Positions 7,398 through 17,744 are shown, counted from the stretch's first letter. The stretch: DNA of 64,000 nucleotides from Anaerolineales bacterium (GCA_026129305.1 JAHCII010000006.1:1056-65055); one strand, 5' to 3'. Notes: a model not told the origin generated them from the letters alone. A program made the numbers and translations.

Positions 7398-9083
7398 ATG
7401 GATATACGCGGAAAGAATGCCCTCGTACTGGGAGGTTTCGGCTTGGTTGGCAGGGCGGTGTGCCGGGAATTGCTGGCGCACGACCCGGCCCGCCTGCTGG
7501 TGACCTCACTGCGCAAGGAAGAAGCCGAGCAAGCCGTTGCAGAGCTGAAAGCTGAATTTCCCAATAGTCCGACCAAATTCTTTGCCGTATGGGGGGACAT
7601 TTTTGTCCGGGCCGAGTGGCTGACGGACAACCCCTCCCGGGCGGCGATCATGGCCGACCCGGCCAAACGCAAACAGCTGGTGGCGGATATCGTCGGCGAG
7701 CTGACCCCTGAAGTGCTCTCCGCCTCGCTGCTGTACCAGATCATTTTGGGCAAGACGCCCGGTCTGGATGGCGCCCCCAGCCAGATCATTGTGGACTGCA
7801 TCAACACCTCCACCGCGGTGGCCTACCAAAACATTTACGCCGCGGCGGGCAGGCTGAACAAATTGATCGCCGCGCAAGACGCGGCCACCAACTGGCCAGA
7901 CGAGGTGGAGCAGCTGCTCTCCGCTTTGTACATTCCGCAGCTGGTGCGCCATGTGCAGGTCCTGCACGACGCGATGCTGGAAGCCGGCACGCAGGCCTAC
8001 ATCAAAGTGGGCACCAGTGGCACCGGCGGCATGGGACTCAACATTCCCTACACGCACGGCGAGGAGAAACCCTCGCGGGTGCTGATGTCCAAAGCGGCCC
8101 TGGCCGGCGCGCAAACCCTGCTGACCTTCCTGATGGCGCGCACCCCCGGCGGCCCACAAGTGGTCAAAGAGGTCAAACCCTCGGCGCTGATCGCCTGGAA
8201 AGAGATCGGCTACGGCCCCATCCGCCGCGGCGGGCAGGATGTGCTGCTGTATGACTGCCCGCCCGAGCAGGCGGTGAGCCTGGACGACCCGGCCAACCTG
8301 GCTCCCCAGGGCCAGTTTGGCACCCAGACCGGCGGCGTGCTGGAAGAGGTCTACATCAACACCGGCGAGAACGGCCTGTTTGCCGCCGGCGACTTCGCCG
8401 CCATCACCGCCTTTGGCCAGATGGAATTCGTCACGCCGGAAGAGATTGCCCACAATGTGGTGCGTGAGGTCCTGGGCGGCAACACCGGCAAGGACATCGT
8501 CGGCGCGCTGGACAGCGCCGTGATGGGCCCGACCTTCCGGGCGGGCACGCTGCGCGAAGCGGCGCTGGAGCGTTTGCGCCAGCTGAGCGCCGAGCACGGC
8601 GAGTCGGTGGCCTTTGAGATCCTTGGCCCGCCGCGCATGTCCAAGCTGCTCTACGAAGCTTTCCTGCTCAAGCAGGTTTACGGCAGCTTCGGGCCTGCCC
8701 TGGCCGACACGCCGCAGGCGATGGCGGCCAAGCTGGAGACCCTGATCCACCAGGATGCGGCCCTGCGCCAGAAGATCATTTCCATCGGGCTGCCGATCGT
8801 GCTGCCGGACGGCAAACGCATGCTGCGCGGGCCGGTGGTCAAGTCCGAGACCGCTGAGCAGGGCTGGGTGGACCTGACCCCGGCCAATATGGGCCGCTGG
8901 CATACGCGCCTGGAAGGCATCCGCGCCATGGTGCAGGAAGGGCTGGCTGGCGAGAGTTCCTCGCGCTCGGACCGCGGCTATCCGGACCTGCGCCGTTGGC
9001 AGGCCAGCGAAGCCTTTGAGATCGGCGAGATCGTGGCCTGGGTCTCAATATACGAAGATGAGGGCCGCCGCGGCAAGCACTAA
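7398..9083 (+). CDS. 561-aa protein with an N-terminal NAD(P)-binding Rossmann fold; family not recognised
   Basis: The N-terminus is KNALVLGGFGLVGRAVCREL (GxGxxG). The ORF is long with coding-like composition. I could not place the remainder in a known family. Confidence 0.7.
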   Translation: MDIRGKNALVLGGFGLVGRAVCRELLAHDPARLLVTSLRKEEAEQAVAELKAEFPNSPTKFFAVWGDIFVRAEWLTDNPSRAAIMADPAKRKQLVADIVGELTPEVLSASLLYQIILGKTPGLDGAPSQIIVDCINTSTAVAYQNIYAAAGRLNKLIAAQDAATNWPDEVEQLLSALYIPQLVRHVQVLHDAMLEAGTQAYIKVGTSGTGGMGLNIPYTHGEEKPSRVLMSKAALAGAQTLLTFLMARTPGGPQVVKEVKPSALIAWKEIGYGPIRRGGQDVLLYDCPPEQAVSLDDPANLAPQGQFGTQTGGVLEEVYINTGENGLFAAGDFAAITAFGQMEFVTPEEIAHNVVREVLGGNTGKDIVGALDSAVMGPTFRAGTLREAALERLRQLSAEHGESVAFEILGPPRMSKLLYEAFLLKQVYGSFGPALADTPQAMAAKLETLIHQDAALRQKIISIGLPIVLPDGKRMLRGPVVKSETAEQGWVDLTPANMGRWHTRLEGIRAMVQEGLAGESSSRSDRGYPDLRRWQASEAFEIGEIVAWVSIYEDEGRRGKH

Positions 9084-9145
9084 TAACGCCGGTTGGATCT
9101 ACGGCGTTAGCTTAAGTGACCCAACCCAGAGAAGGAGGGCTGACG

Positions 9146-9619
9146 ATGTACAAACGAATTTTGGTGCCCCTGGACGGTTCGAAGCGCGCTGAGCGCATTC
9201 TGCCGCACGTAGAGGACCTGGCTGCGAAAGAAGCTGCCACGGTGATCCTGTTGTATGTAGTGGACCCCGGCCTGGTGCCCTTCACCCCGGGCATGAGTAT
9301 GGGCATGGCTCCCGCGCCGCAGGAATTGGAGCTGTACTGGCAGAGCCTGCAGGAGGCCGAGCAGGATGCAGACAAGTACCTGCAGACCCAGGCGGCCCGC
9401 CTGGCCAAGCACAAGATCAAGACGGAGAATCTGGTGCGCCGCGGCGACCCGGTCAATGCCATTGTTTCGGCTTCCGAAGAAGAGAACGTGGATCTGATCG
9501 CGATGAGCAGCCACGGCCGTACTGGCCTGGAACGCGTCTTTTATGGCTCTGTGACCAGTGGCGTGCTACACAAAGTGGACCGCCCGCTGCTGCTGATCCG
9601 GGCGCAGAAAGAGGAATAG
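9146..9619 (+). CDS. universal stress protein (UspA family)
   Basis: GAAGGAGGG RBS at 9131-9139. The sequence reads MYKRILVPLDGS...DLIAMSSHGRTGLERVFYGSVTSGVLHKVDRPLLLIR. Confidence 0.9.
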   Translation: MYKRILVPLDGSKRAERILPHVEDLAAKEAATVILLYVVDPGLVPFTPGMSMGMAPAPQELELYWQSLQEAEQDADKYLQTQAARLAKHKIKTENLVRRGDPVNAIVSASEEENVDLIAMSSHGRTGLERVFYGSVTSGVLHKVDRPLLLIRAQKEE

Positions 9620-9645
9620 CTTTTTCTTTTTGCTTCGGCAACTGC

Positions 9646-11337
9646 TCAGCGTCCGTAAAGTTTGCGGAAGCGTTTTTCAGCCTCGGGCGAACCTATCAGC
9701 ACCAAATGGTCGTTGTCTTGCAGTGGGCGGAAAGGGTCTGGTGTTGTGTGCAGTCGACCATCCTGTTGCAGGCCGACCACGGTACAACCGGTCTTGCGGC
9801 GAATATCTGTCTCTGCCAAGGTTTTGCCGACCAGTGAATCAGGTGTATCTACTTCAAAGATATCCAGACCCTCCGCGACCATCAAAATATTTTCGCGGCT
9901 GATCAAGTTAATCATCGTGTTGGCGCCTGTGGAAGCATAGGAGAGGACGAAATCGGCGCCCGCGCGGTGTAATGTGGCGTCGTTGCGTTCCAGATTGGCG
10001 CGGGAGACAATTTGAACATCCGGGCGCAACCGGCGGCAATAGATTGTCAAGTAAATGTTCATGTCGTCATCGTGGGTGGTGATGATCACCGCGGGGGTTT
10101 GATGAATGCCAGCTTCGACCAGCAATTCGATTTCAGCCGCGTCTCCTAAAATGTACTTCTGCGAGTTGCGAATACGCGCCGGATCCTTCTCAATGATACG
10201 GTAATCCATGTTGCGGGCGGCCAGCGCCTGGGCAGCTGCACGGCCAACCCGGCCGCCGCCAATAATCACGACAGGGCCATCCAGCGGGTTGGTAGTCTGG
10301 AAGAACACCCGGTTGTACTGAGCGATCTGATCCTCAGAGCCCGCGATGACCAGGACGGTATCCTCGGCGATGGCTGTCTCGGGCTGGGTGGGCTGAAAGA
10401 CACCATCCTGCCAGATGCCAAGGACATTGATTCCGGCCAGCTCGCGCAGGCGGCTTTCTTTGAGGGTTTGGCCGACGAGCGAGGTATTGCGCACCATGGC
10501 CTCAGCAATGATTAGCTCGCCAAATTGACCGATTGGGTGGGTGAGGCGCTCGTTGTCGAGCACGCGCCGGGCCAAGGCCTGCCCCATCATTTCGCCCAAC
10601 TCCAAGACATGCGTACTGCCGGCCAACTCCAAAATATCGACTGAGGCGTGGAAGTTGGCCGTTGAAATAACGGGAACGGTCTCTGAGACCTCGCGTACCG
10701 TGGAGACAATGTTTGCATTAACCTGATCGCTGGCTGTGGCCACAACCAGGCGAGCCTGATGAGCTTGCGCAAAATCGTAGGTCTTGGGATTGTCCAGATA
10801 TCCCCTCATAATCTTATACCCTTGGTTATGCAGATCCAGCGCCTCCTGGAGGCTGGCGACCAGCAAGACATAGGGGAAGCCATATTGCTCCAACCTGCGG
10901 ATGAACGACTTGGTCACAGGGTCGAAGTGGGTGAGGATAATATGTCCGGAAGTTTTGGCTGGCAGGCTAGTAGGAGCACGGGCGGCCTGCTGAGCGCGCA
11001 TCCAGGGCTCGTAGAAGAGCTCAATGAACGTGAAAGGCAACAAAATTAGCAGGAAGACGATCCCACTCAGCAGAACAACGACAGAAAAGATCTTGCCCAA
11101 ATCAGATTGGAAAATGATGTCGCCAAAACCGAGAGTGGACATCACCGTCAGTGTCCAATAAAAGCCGGTCACCCAGGTCTGCGACCTGCCTTCATATTCC
11201 ATGATGAAATGGAAGATGACGCTGTAGGCGGTGATCATGATCACCAACACAAGAAAAAATCGCAGCAAGCCCACTGCATTCACACGGTTTGACCTTTCAG
11301 TCAGCAGGTGCGGAATTTGGGCAAAAAGGAATTTCAT
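9646..11337 (-). CDS. potassium channel with two RCK/TrkA domains
   Basis: Selectivity filter TLGFGD after two TM helices. Rossmann GGGRVGRA and two TrkA-N/TrkA-C-like repeats follow. Confidence 0.9.
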   Translation of the reverse strand: MKFLFAQIPHLLTERSNRVNAVGLLRFFLVLVIMITAYSVIFHFIMEYEGRSQTWVTGFYWTLTVMSTLGFGDIIFQSDLGKIFSVVVLLSGIVFLLILLPFTFIELFYEPWMRAQQAARAPTSLPAKTSGHIILTHFDPVTKSFIRRLEQYGFPYVLLVASLQEALDLHNQGYKIMRGYLDNPKTYDFAQAHQARLVVATASDQVNANIVSTVREVSETVPVISTANFHASVDILELAGSTHVLELGEMMGQALARRVLDNERLTHPIGQFGELIIAEAMVRNTSLVGQTLKESRLRELAGINVLGIWQDGVFQPTQPETAIAEDTVLVIAGSEDQIAQYNRVFFQTTNPLDGPVVIIGGGRVGRAAAQALAARNMDYRIIEKDPARIRNSQKYILGDAAEIELLVEAGIHQTPAVIITTHDDDMNIYLTIYCRRLRPDVQIVSRANLERNDATLHRAGADFVLSYASTGANTMINLISRENILMVAEGLDIFEVDTPDSLVGKTLAETDIRRKTGCTVVGLQQDGRLHTTPDPFRPLQDNDHLVLIGSPEAEKRFRKLYGR

Positions 11338-11405
11338 GACGATGGATGGCGGAGGCTATGCTTACGTGGGCTTCTCTTCCATTTGGGCCGCCGTAGACGC
11401 CTTAA

Positions 11406-13319
11406 CTATAGCGGCGCTTCAGCGTGATAGGGCACATCGATTATAACGATATCCCTTTGAGCCACTAATCGGGCTTTTAAGCGATCCGCTGTTCCACTGT
11501 GAAGGAAACGCACCAACCAGTTCTCAGTTACGAATTCTGGGATCACTACTGTTGTAAGCTTCTCGGGAAATTCTTCATTATTGACCTTGGTTATGTATTT
11601 TTCCAATGGTTCAAAGATGTCACGGTAATCATAGTTGATTAAAACTAATTCGACATCTTTGGTGATTGCGGAAAAGCGCTTCCATCGCTCTCTAATATGC
11701 TCTTCGACCTGCGAATTGGTGATTATGGAAACAACGCGGACATCGCGAGAAAGGCGCTTTGCATACTGTATCGCCAACAAGCTACCGTGGTGGATATCTG
11801 CCACGGGCACGATAACCACGTTAGCCACTTTGGGAAGTTGCCGTATAGAAAGACCTTGAGTGCTTAGGTGTTGGGCGAGATGCTTGTAGTGTCTGTCTAC
11901 CAAATAGAACAAGAGCATAATGAGTGGAATCATTAGCATCACGATCCACGCGCCTTCTACGAACTTTGTTGCCACCAGAATCAGAAACACAACAAACGTG
12001 ACAACGGCCCCAAAGGCGTTTAACGCTTGTTTCCAGGTGGCGTTGGCTTCATAGTGGATCTCTGTGACTAAAGTTTGTAGCTTTTGCCCCGGTTTCAAAT
12101 GGCGAATACGCCCCATTAGCCGAAACATGCCTATTTGCGAGACACTAAAGCTAAACATTACGCCCAGCGCGTAGAGGGGCAGCATCGCGATCTCATCTGC
12201 CTGAAAGGCAATAACAATTATTGATGAAAAAATAGCAAGGACATAAATACCAGAGTTAAACACCAAGCGATCCCCGCGGTTTTGTAGCCAGCGGGGCAAG
12301 AAGCCGTCACGAGCCAAGAAGGAACCAAGCCGAGGAAAGTCCTGATATCCAGTATTGGCAGCTAAAAGCAAAATAAGCGCGGTGAAGGCTTGCACCCAGT
12401 AATAAAGAATGCCATTGCCTGTGACTTGGCGAGTCAACTGCGAGAGAATACTTTCCCCTTCGTGGGGAACTAACTCAAGATGTGTGGCAAGAAAAGTAAT
12501 TCCCAAGAAGAGCGACATCGCCATAATACCCATAGCTACCATGGTTAGCGCCGCATTTTTTGATTCCGGCGATTTAAAAGCCTGCACACCATTACTAATC
12601 GCCTCAATTCCGGTCAAGGCTGTACACCCACCGGCAAAGGCGCGCAAAATGAGCCAAATATAAGCAAACCCTTCTACGGAAGCGGTGGCTGCAACCTGCT
12701 CATGGAATGGGGAGATGGGCGCTGCCCCAAACAGGCCAAGATAGCGCACCAACCCAATAGCAATAACCACCCAAACTCCACCCACAAACGCATACGTAGG
12801 CACAGCAAAAACGGTCCCGCTTTCACGCACTCCTCGCAGATTTATCCAAGTAATAAACAGGATTGCCCCAATAGCAAACAAGACCCGGTATTCAAACAAC
12901 TCTGGAAAAGCAGAGGTAACCGCTCGAACTCCCGCAGAAACGGACACAGAAACCGTGAGAATGTAGTCCGTAAGCAGAGCGGCGCCAGCCGCTAAAGAAG
13001 GATACTTTCCCAGATTATCTTTCGCAACTGTGTAAGCTCCACCCCCATCAGGGTAGTGCAAAATGGTTTGTATGTAGCTGAAAATGACAAGTAAAACCAG
13101 CCCGGCAACACTTATCCCTATGGGTAGGGTCATATGCAGAGCGCCACTTCCTAGGACAATTAATACGCTCATGATTGCCTCAGTCGCGTAAGCATTGGAG
13201 CTAATAGGGTCAGAAGCGAATACGGCTAAACCTCTAACCTTGTCTAAACGCTCATGTGCTTCTCGGCTATTCGGAAATGGCTTGCCGAAGAAGATGCGCT
13301 TCAATCCTTGGATATTCAT
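11406..13319 (-). CDS. APC-superfamily amino acid/polyamine permease with a C-terminal soluble domain
   Basis: The N-terminus MNIQGLKRIFFGKPF...LAVFASDPISSNAYATE is followed by about 12 TM helices. The ORF track start at 13343 is an alternative. Confidence 0.8.
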   Translation of the reverse strand: MNIQGLKRIFFGKPFPNSREAHERLDKVRGLAVFASDPISSNAYATEAIMSVLIVLGSGALHMTLPIGISVAGLVLLVIFSYIQTILHYPDGGGAYTVAKDNLGKYPSLAAGAALLTDYILTVSVSVSAGVRAVTSAFPELFEYRVLFAIGAILFITWINLRGVRESGTVFAVPTYAFVGGVWVVIAIGLVRYLGLFGAAPISPFHEQVAATASVEGFAYIWLILRAFAGGCTALTGIEAISNGVQAFKSPESKNAALTMVAMGIMAMSLFLGITFLATHLELVPHEGESILSQLTRQVTGNGILYYWVQAFTALILLLAANTGYQDFPRLGSFLARDGFLPRWLQNRGDRLVFNSGIYVLAIFSSIIVIAFQADEIAMLPLYALGVMFSFSVSQIGMFRLMGRIRHLKPGQKLQTLVTEIHYEANATWKQALNAFGAVVTFVVFLILVATKFVEGAWIVMLMIPLIMLLFYLVDRHYKHLAQHLSTQGLSIRQLPKVANVVIVPVADIHHGSLLAIQYAKRLSRDVRVVSIITNSQVEEHIRERWKRFSAITKDVELVLINYDYRDIFEPLEKYITKVNNEEFPEKLTTVVIPEFVTENWLVRFLHSGTADRLKARLVAQRDIVIIDVPYHAEAPL

Positions 13320-13424
13320 GCAATTCGATCTGCTTTCCGGCAAGCATATGCCTGCACAAGCCGGATATTATATAATACCGAAGGACAATTTTCACCCCTT
13401 TTACGGAAAATTGGCGAGCAAGTC

Positions 13425-14279
13425 ATGATCATAGTAGATTCGCTTACGTACAGCTACAAGACTGTCAAGGCTCCAGCCATCCAAGGCTTATCTTTCGAGG
13501 TGAGACCTGGAGAGGTGTTTGGCTTCCTTGGCCCCAGCGGCGCTGGAAAATCGACAACCCAAAAGGTTCTCACGGGCCTGTTACGTGATTTTTCTGGCCA
13601 TGTATCCGTTTTCGGACGCGATCTGACCACATGGGGGTCCGATATGTATGAACGCATTGGCGTGTCATTTGAGATCCCCAACCTTTATTTAAAACTTAGC
13701 GGGCATGAAAACTTACGCTACTTTGGCGCGCTCTATGAGGGCAAGAAGCTTGATCCACAGGAACTGCTCTCTCTGGTAAATCTGAACGACGACGGCAAGA
13801 TGCTGGTTTCGCAATACTCCAAGGGCATGCGCCATCGACTTAATGTTGCGCGTGCGCTTATTCACAATCCCGAATTGCTTTTTATGGATGAACCCACTGC
13901 CGGTCTGGACCCGGTAAATGCCCGCCGAATAAAGGAAATTGTGATGGCGCAGCGTGATGCCGGCAAGACGGTGTTCCTCACAACACACGATATGAGCGTG
14001 GCAGATGAACTCTGCGACCGCGTGGCGTTTATTGTTGATGGCCGAATTGCGCTCATCGATTCGCCGCGGGCACTTAAGCTCAAATACGGCACAGCCAATG
14101 TACGCGTTGAGTATGAGGAGAATGGAGCCCTTGCAAGTAAAGAATTCAGCATGAGCGACCTGGGGACCAATCAGCAATTCTTGGATGTGCTGCGCAACCA
14201 CAGCGTGCAAACCATGCACTCCACCGAAGCCACCCTGGAAAGTATCTTCATCGAAGTAACCGGCAGAGATCTGTCGTGA
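13425..14279 (+). CDS. ABC transporter ATP-binding protein (ABC-2 exporter type)
   Basis: Walker A GPSGAGKST, signature YSKGMRHRL, and Walker B LLFMDEPTAGLD. I prefer the start at MIIVDSLTYSY over the track start at 13254. Confidence 0.9.
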   Translation: MIIVDSLTYSYKTVKAPAIQGLSFEVRPGEVFGFLGPSGAGKSTTQKVLTGLLRDFSGHVSVFGRDLTTWGSDMYERIGVSFEIPNLYLKLSGHENLRYFGALYEGKKLDPQELLSLVNLNDDGKMLVSQYSKGMRHRLNVARALIHNPELLFMDEPTAGLDPVNARRIKEIVMAQRDAGKTVFLTTHDMSVADELCDRVAFIVDGRIALIDSPRALKLKYGTANVRVEYEENGALASKEFSMSDLGTNQQFLDVLRNHSVQTMHSTEATLESIFIEVTGRDLS

Positions 14280-14980
14280 ACCGCTTGTTTGCCACAATGC
14301 AGACGGATCTACATCTGCAGATCCGCAATGGCTTTTATTATGCGGTGGTCTTTGTTGCCGTTGTGCTTGTGGTTGCGCTTACACGCCTCAGCATCCCGGA
14401 CTACCGGCATGTATGGCCGATCCTGATCATTGGGAACCTGCTGATCACCACTTTCTATTTCATGGCTGGACTTGTCCTTCTTGAAAAGGCAGAGGGCACG
14501 ATGGAAGCGCAAATCATCACCCCGCTGCACCCTGCGGAGTACCTGATTTCAAAAGTACTCACGCTCGGGCTCCTCTCGCTATTGGAAACCGCTATCATCG
14601 TGGTACTGCTCTCGGGTTTGGCGTTTAACTGGCTGCTGTTTGTTCTGGGTGTGCTGATAACGGCCGCAATCTACAGCTTGTCTGGTTTCATTGCTGTAGC
14701 CGCCTATGACTCACTGAATGAATTTATCTTTCCTTCAGTGCTCTGGGTGCTGGCCTCTTTGCCCCCAATTCTCTATGCTGCCGGAGTCTCTGACCATTGG
14801 TTGTTCTGGCTGCACCCGTTACAAGCTCCACTTATTGTTTTGCGCGGCGCGTTCAGTGAGATTCCGGCATGGCAGTTGATCTTTGGTATTGGATATGGCG
14901 CGGCCTGGTCGGCTTTATTGCTCTATGCCGCGTTGCGTGTTTTTAGGCGCTTTGTCATCCGCCGGGAAGGAGTGAAGTAA
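14276..14980 (+). CDS. ABC-2 type exporter permease
   Basis: GTGA overlap with the ATPase stop codon. Six hydrophobic helices. Confidence 0.75.
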   Translation: MNRLFATMQTDLHLQIRNGFYYAVVFVAVVLVVALTRLSIPDYRHVWPILIIGNLLITTFYFMAGLVLLEKAEGTMEAQIITPLHPAEYLISKVLTLGLLSLLETAIIVVLLSGLAFNWLLFVLGVLITAAIYSLSGFIAVAAYDSLNEFIFPSVLWVLASLPPILYAAGVSDHWLFWLHPLQAPLIVLRGAFSEIPAWQLIFGIGYGAAWSALLLYAALRVFRRFVIRREGVK

Positions 14981-15017
14981 AACGAACGCCTTCAAAGCCC
15001 TCCGCTCTCTCGGACCT

Positions 15018-15728
15018 GTGGACTTACGCGGGATTCGTCGTGACAGCATGCTGTCATACATTGCTGTCATGCCCGTGGTTTTTGCCTTGCTTTTCCGCTT
15101 TGTAATACCGTGGATTCGTGCACAATTTTTAGAAAGAGCAGGATTCGACATCGAGCCTTTTTACTTCTTGGCGATGAGCTACTTTTTCGTGATGCTCTCC
15201 AGTGCCTTTGTTGGCCTGGCGCTTGGATTTTTGGTGCTGGATGAGCGCGACAGCCAAACTCTGCAGGCACTTTTGGTTTCGCCGCTCTCGATCAGCAGCT
15301 ATATCGCCTACCGCATCAGCTTACCGGTGGTTCTCTCGATGTTGGTTACTCTGATTGCCTTTCCCATTGCCGGTCTTGGTAATTTAAGCATAGCGCAGCA
15401 GCTGGTTGTAGCACTCGCTGCTGCGCTGCTCGCCCCGCTTTGGATGTTGTTCCTGGGTGGCTTTGCCGCCAACAAAGTTCAGGGTTTTGCCCTGGTCAAG
15501 GCTGCCGGCTTTATCATGCTTATGCTGCCCATGTTCAGTTACTTTGTTAGTTCTAACTGGCACTGGGCTTTCGGAGTGCTGCCTCCATTTTGGCCACTCA
15601 AGATTTACTGGTTACTCGAATCGGGTGAAGCGAATGTCTGGGCATATCTTGCGATAGCACTAGCCTATCAGGCATTGCTACTCTGGCTTCTTCTTCGTCG
15701 ATTCCTGAAAGTAGTCTATTCTCAATAG
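15018..15728 (+). CDS. ABC-2 type exporter permease (second subunit)
   Basis: Polytopic hydrophobic ORF immediately downstream in the same operon. Confidence 0.75.
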   Translation: MDLRGIRRDSMLSYIAVMPVVFALLFRFVIPWIRAQFLERAGFDIEPFYFLAMSYFFVMLSSAFVGLALGFLVLDERDSQTLQALLVSPLSISSYIAYRISLPVVLSMLVTLIAFPIAGLGNLSIAQQLVVALAAALLAPLWMLFLGGFAANKVQGFALVKAAGFIMLMLPMFSYFVSSNWHWAFGVLPPFWPLKIYWLLESGEANVWAYLAIALAYQALLLWLLLRRFLKVVYSQ

Positions 15729-15750
15729 CTACTACACTGCACAAGCGCTT

Positions 15751-15779
15751 AAAAAGAACGGCCGAAAGGCCGTTCTTTT
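15751..15779. terminator. bidirectional intrinsic terminator between convergent genes
   Basis: AAGAACGGCC-GAAA-GGCCGTTCTT, a 10-bp stem with a GNRA loop. It is flanked by an A-run on one side and a T-run on the other. Confidence 0.8.
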
Positions 15780-15780
15780 G

Positions 15781-16344
15781 CTATTTCTTGCGCTTGAACT
15801 TGCCCGCCGGCTTCTTCTCCTCCGCGGGGGCAGGGGGCGGTTCTGCGGGCGGCGGTTCCGGCGCAGCCGGTTCGGCTGGCGCCTCCGCCTGGGGCGCCTC
15901 GCCATTCGCCGGGGTTGGCGAGGCTTCCTCGGCAGGCGCCGCGTCTGCTGCGGGCGGGGGCTGAAGCTGCAGCTCGACTTTCTCTTCCATCTGGATCTGG
16001 CCGCGCAGGAAGGCGCCTTCTTCGGTGGCCATGGAGGCGGTGGTGACGTTGCCCCACACGCGACCGTTGGCGCGGATCTCGACCCGCTCGGCGAGGATGT
16101 CGCCGCGCATCGCCCCGGCGATGATCACATGCCGGGCGCGCAGCTGCGGGCAGGTCACCCGCCCGGTGGGGCCGATGACGAACAAGCCGTCCAGCTCGAT
16201 CTCGCCGTCAAAGGCGCCTTCAATGCGCACGCCGCCGGCGCCGTGCAGGCGGCCGCTCAGGCTGACGCCGTCCGCCACCACGGAGGTGATGCGCGGCAGC
16301 GGCGCGGCTTCTTTTTCCGGCGAGGCGTTCTTGCGGCGGAACAT
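15781..16344 (-). CDS. bactofilin (polymer-forming cytoskeletal protein) with a Pro/Ala/Glu-rich tail
   Basis: Beta-helical repeat core: VSLSGRLHGAGGVRIEGAFDGEIELDGLFVIGPTGRV...RGDILAERVEIRANGRVWGNV. Confidence 0.85.
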   Translation of the reverse strand: MFRRKNASPEKEAAPLPRITSVVADGVSLSGRLHGAGGVRIEGAFDGEIELDGLFVIGPTGRVTCPQLRARHVIIAGAMRGDILAERVEIRANGRVWGNVTTASMATEEGAFLRGQIQMEEKVELQLQPPPAADAAPAEEASPTPANGEAPQAEAPAEPAAPEPPPAEPPPAPAEEKKPAGKFKRKK

Positions 16345-17138
16345 CAGGCGCTTTTGGCCTCGTCGTCGCCAATGGCGATGATGTTGAAGCCCGAGTCGAC
16401 GTAGACGATGTCGCCGGTAGTGCGGGCGGAAAGGTCGGAGGCCAGGAATAAGGCGGCGTTGCCCACGTCTTCGATCGTCACGCCTTCGCGCAGCGGGGCC
16501 ACTTCGGCGAAGCGGGTGTGCAGGTTCTTGAAGCCGGCCACGCCGGAGGCGGCCAGGGTACGGATGGGGCCGGCCGAGATGGCGTTAACGCGGATCTTCT
16601 GCGGGCCGAAGTCGCGGGCCAGGTAGCGCACCGAAGCCTCCAGAGCGGCCTTGGCCACGCCCATCACGTTGTAGCTGGGCACGGCCTTCTGCGAGCCGTA
16701 GTAGGTCATGGTCATCAGCGAGCCGCCGGGGCGGATGATGGGCTGGAAGGCCGCCGCCAGGGCCGTGAACGAGTAAACCGAAATGTCCATGGCGGTGTGG
16801 AAGCCGGCCCGCGAGGTGTTGTAGTAGTAGCCGCCCAGTTCCTCACGGTTGGCGAAGGCGATGGCGTGCACCAGGATGTCGATCTGGCCGAAGGCTTTTT
16901 TGGCTTTCTCGGCCACGCTGGCAATGTCTTCATCCTTGGTCACGTCGCACTCTTCGACAAAGGTGCAGCCGATCGATTCGGCCAGCGGTTCGGCGCGCTT
17001 CTTGAGTACCTCGCCCGCGTAGCTGATGCCGATCTCAGCGCCGTGCTCGTGCAGGGCCTTGACCACGCCCCAGGCGATGGAGCGGTCGTTGGCTACGCCA
17101 AAGACCAGGGCTTTCTTGCCTTCCAGTAATTTGGTCAT
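16344..17138 (-). CDS. fabI: enoyl-[acyl-carrier-protein] reductase (NADH) FabI
   Basis: [24 protein letters not shown]..., with a catalytic Y...K context and GAGGAG RBS 6 nt upstream of the ATG at 17138. The stop codon overlaps the bactofilin ATG by 1 nt. Confidence 0.9.
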   Translation of the reverse strand: MTKLLEGKKALVFGVANDRSIAWGVVKALHEHGAEIGISYAGEVLKKRAEPLAESIGCTFVEECDVTKDEDIASVAEKAKKAFGQIDILVHAIAFANREELGGYYYNTSRAGFHTAMDISVYSFTALAAAFQPIIRPGGSLMTMTYYGSQKAVPSYNVMGVAKAALEASVRYLARDFGPQKIRVNAISAGPIRTLAASGVAGFKNLHTRFAEVAPLREGVTIEDVGNAALFLASDLSARTTGDIVYVDSGFNIIAIGDDEAKSA

Positions 17139-17148
17139 ATTCATCTCC

Positions 17149-17742
17149 TCAGAATGTCGTAATCTCAGCCAGGAAGCGCCAGGGAATGCTCTTCCAGGGC
17201 TCCGGCACCGAATACAGGCCGATGCGGGCACTGCGGGCCACTTGGGCTTCCGGCACGGTTGCCCCAGCTTCGATAAATATTATAGCTTTGCTGGCGGTCA
17301 GGTCTGTCCGGTTGTGGCGGCCGTCGATCCCCAGCGCTTTGGTCAGTTTGCCCGGCCCGTCGGTCCAGCGTTTTTCGGGTTGGCCGAAACGACGTTGGGC
17401 TACCACTTCTAACCCTTCCAGCGGCTGAATGGCGCGCACCAAAACCGCTTCGGGCTGCCCTTCCGGTCGCGTGACGCAGTTGAACAGCCAGTGGTTGCCG
17501 TAGGTGAAGTAAACGTAGGCGTGCCCCGGCGGCCCGTAGAGTGGATCGGTGCGCCGGGTGCGCCCGGCCTTGGCGTGGCAGCCCAGGTCGCCCTCGCCGC
17601 AGTAAGCCTCGGTCTCGGTGATCCGGCCGGAGAGACGCCGGCCGCTGTCTGCGTCCTGGTGCACCAGGACGCAGCCCAGCAGCCACCGGGCTACATCCAG
17701 CGTGGGCTGTGCGAAGAAGTCGCGGTCAAGACGGGTGGCCAT
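17149..17742 (-). CDS. mpg: DNA-3-methyladenine glycosylase (Mpg/AAG family)
   Basis: [15 protein letters not shown]...[19 protein letters not shown]...[18 protein letters not shown]. Confidence 0.9.
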   Translation of the reverse strand: MATRLDRDFFAQPTLDVARWLLGCVLVHQDADSGRRLSGRITETEAYCGEGDLGCHAKAGRTRRTDPLYGPPGHAYVYFTYGNHWLFNCVTRPEGQPEAVLVRAIQPLEGLEVVAQRRFGQPEKRWTDGPGKLTKALGIDGRHNRTDLTASKAIIFIEAGATVPEAQVARSARIGLYSVPEPWKSIPWRFLAEITTF

Positions 17743-17744
17743 GC

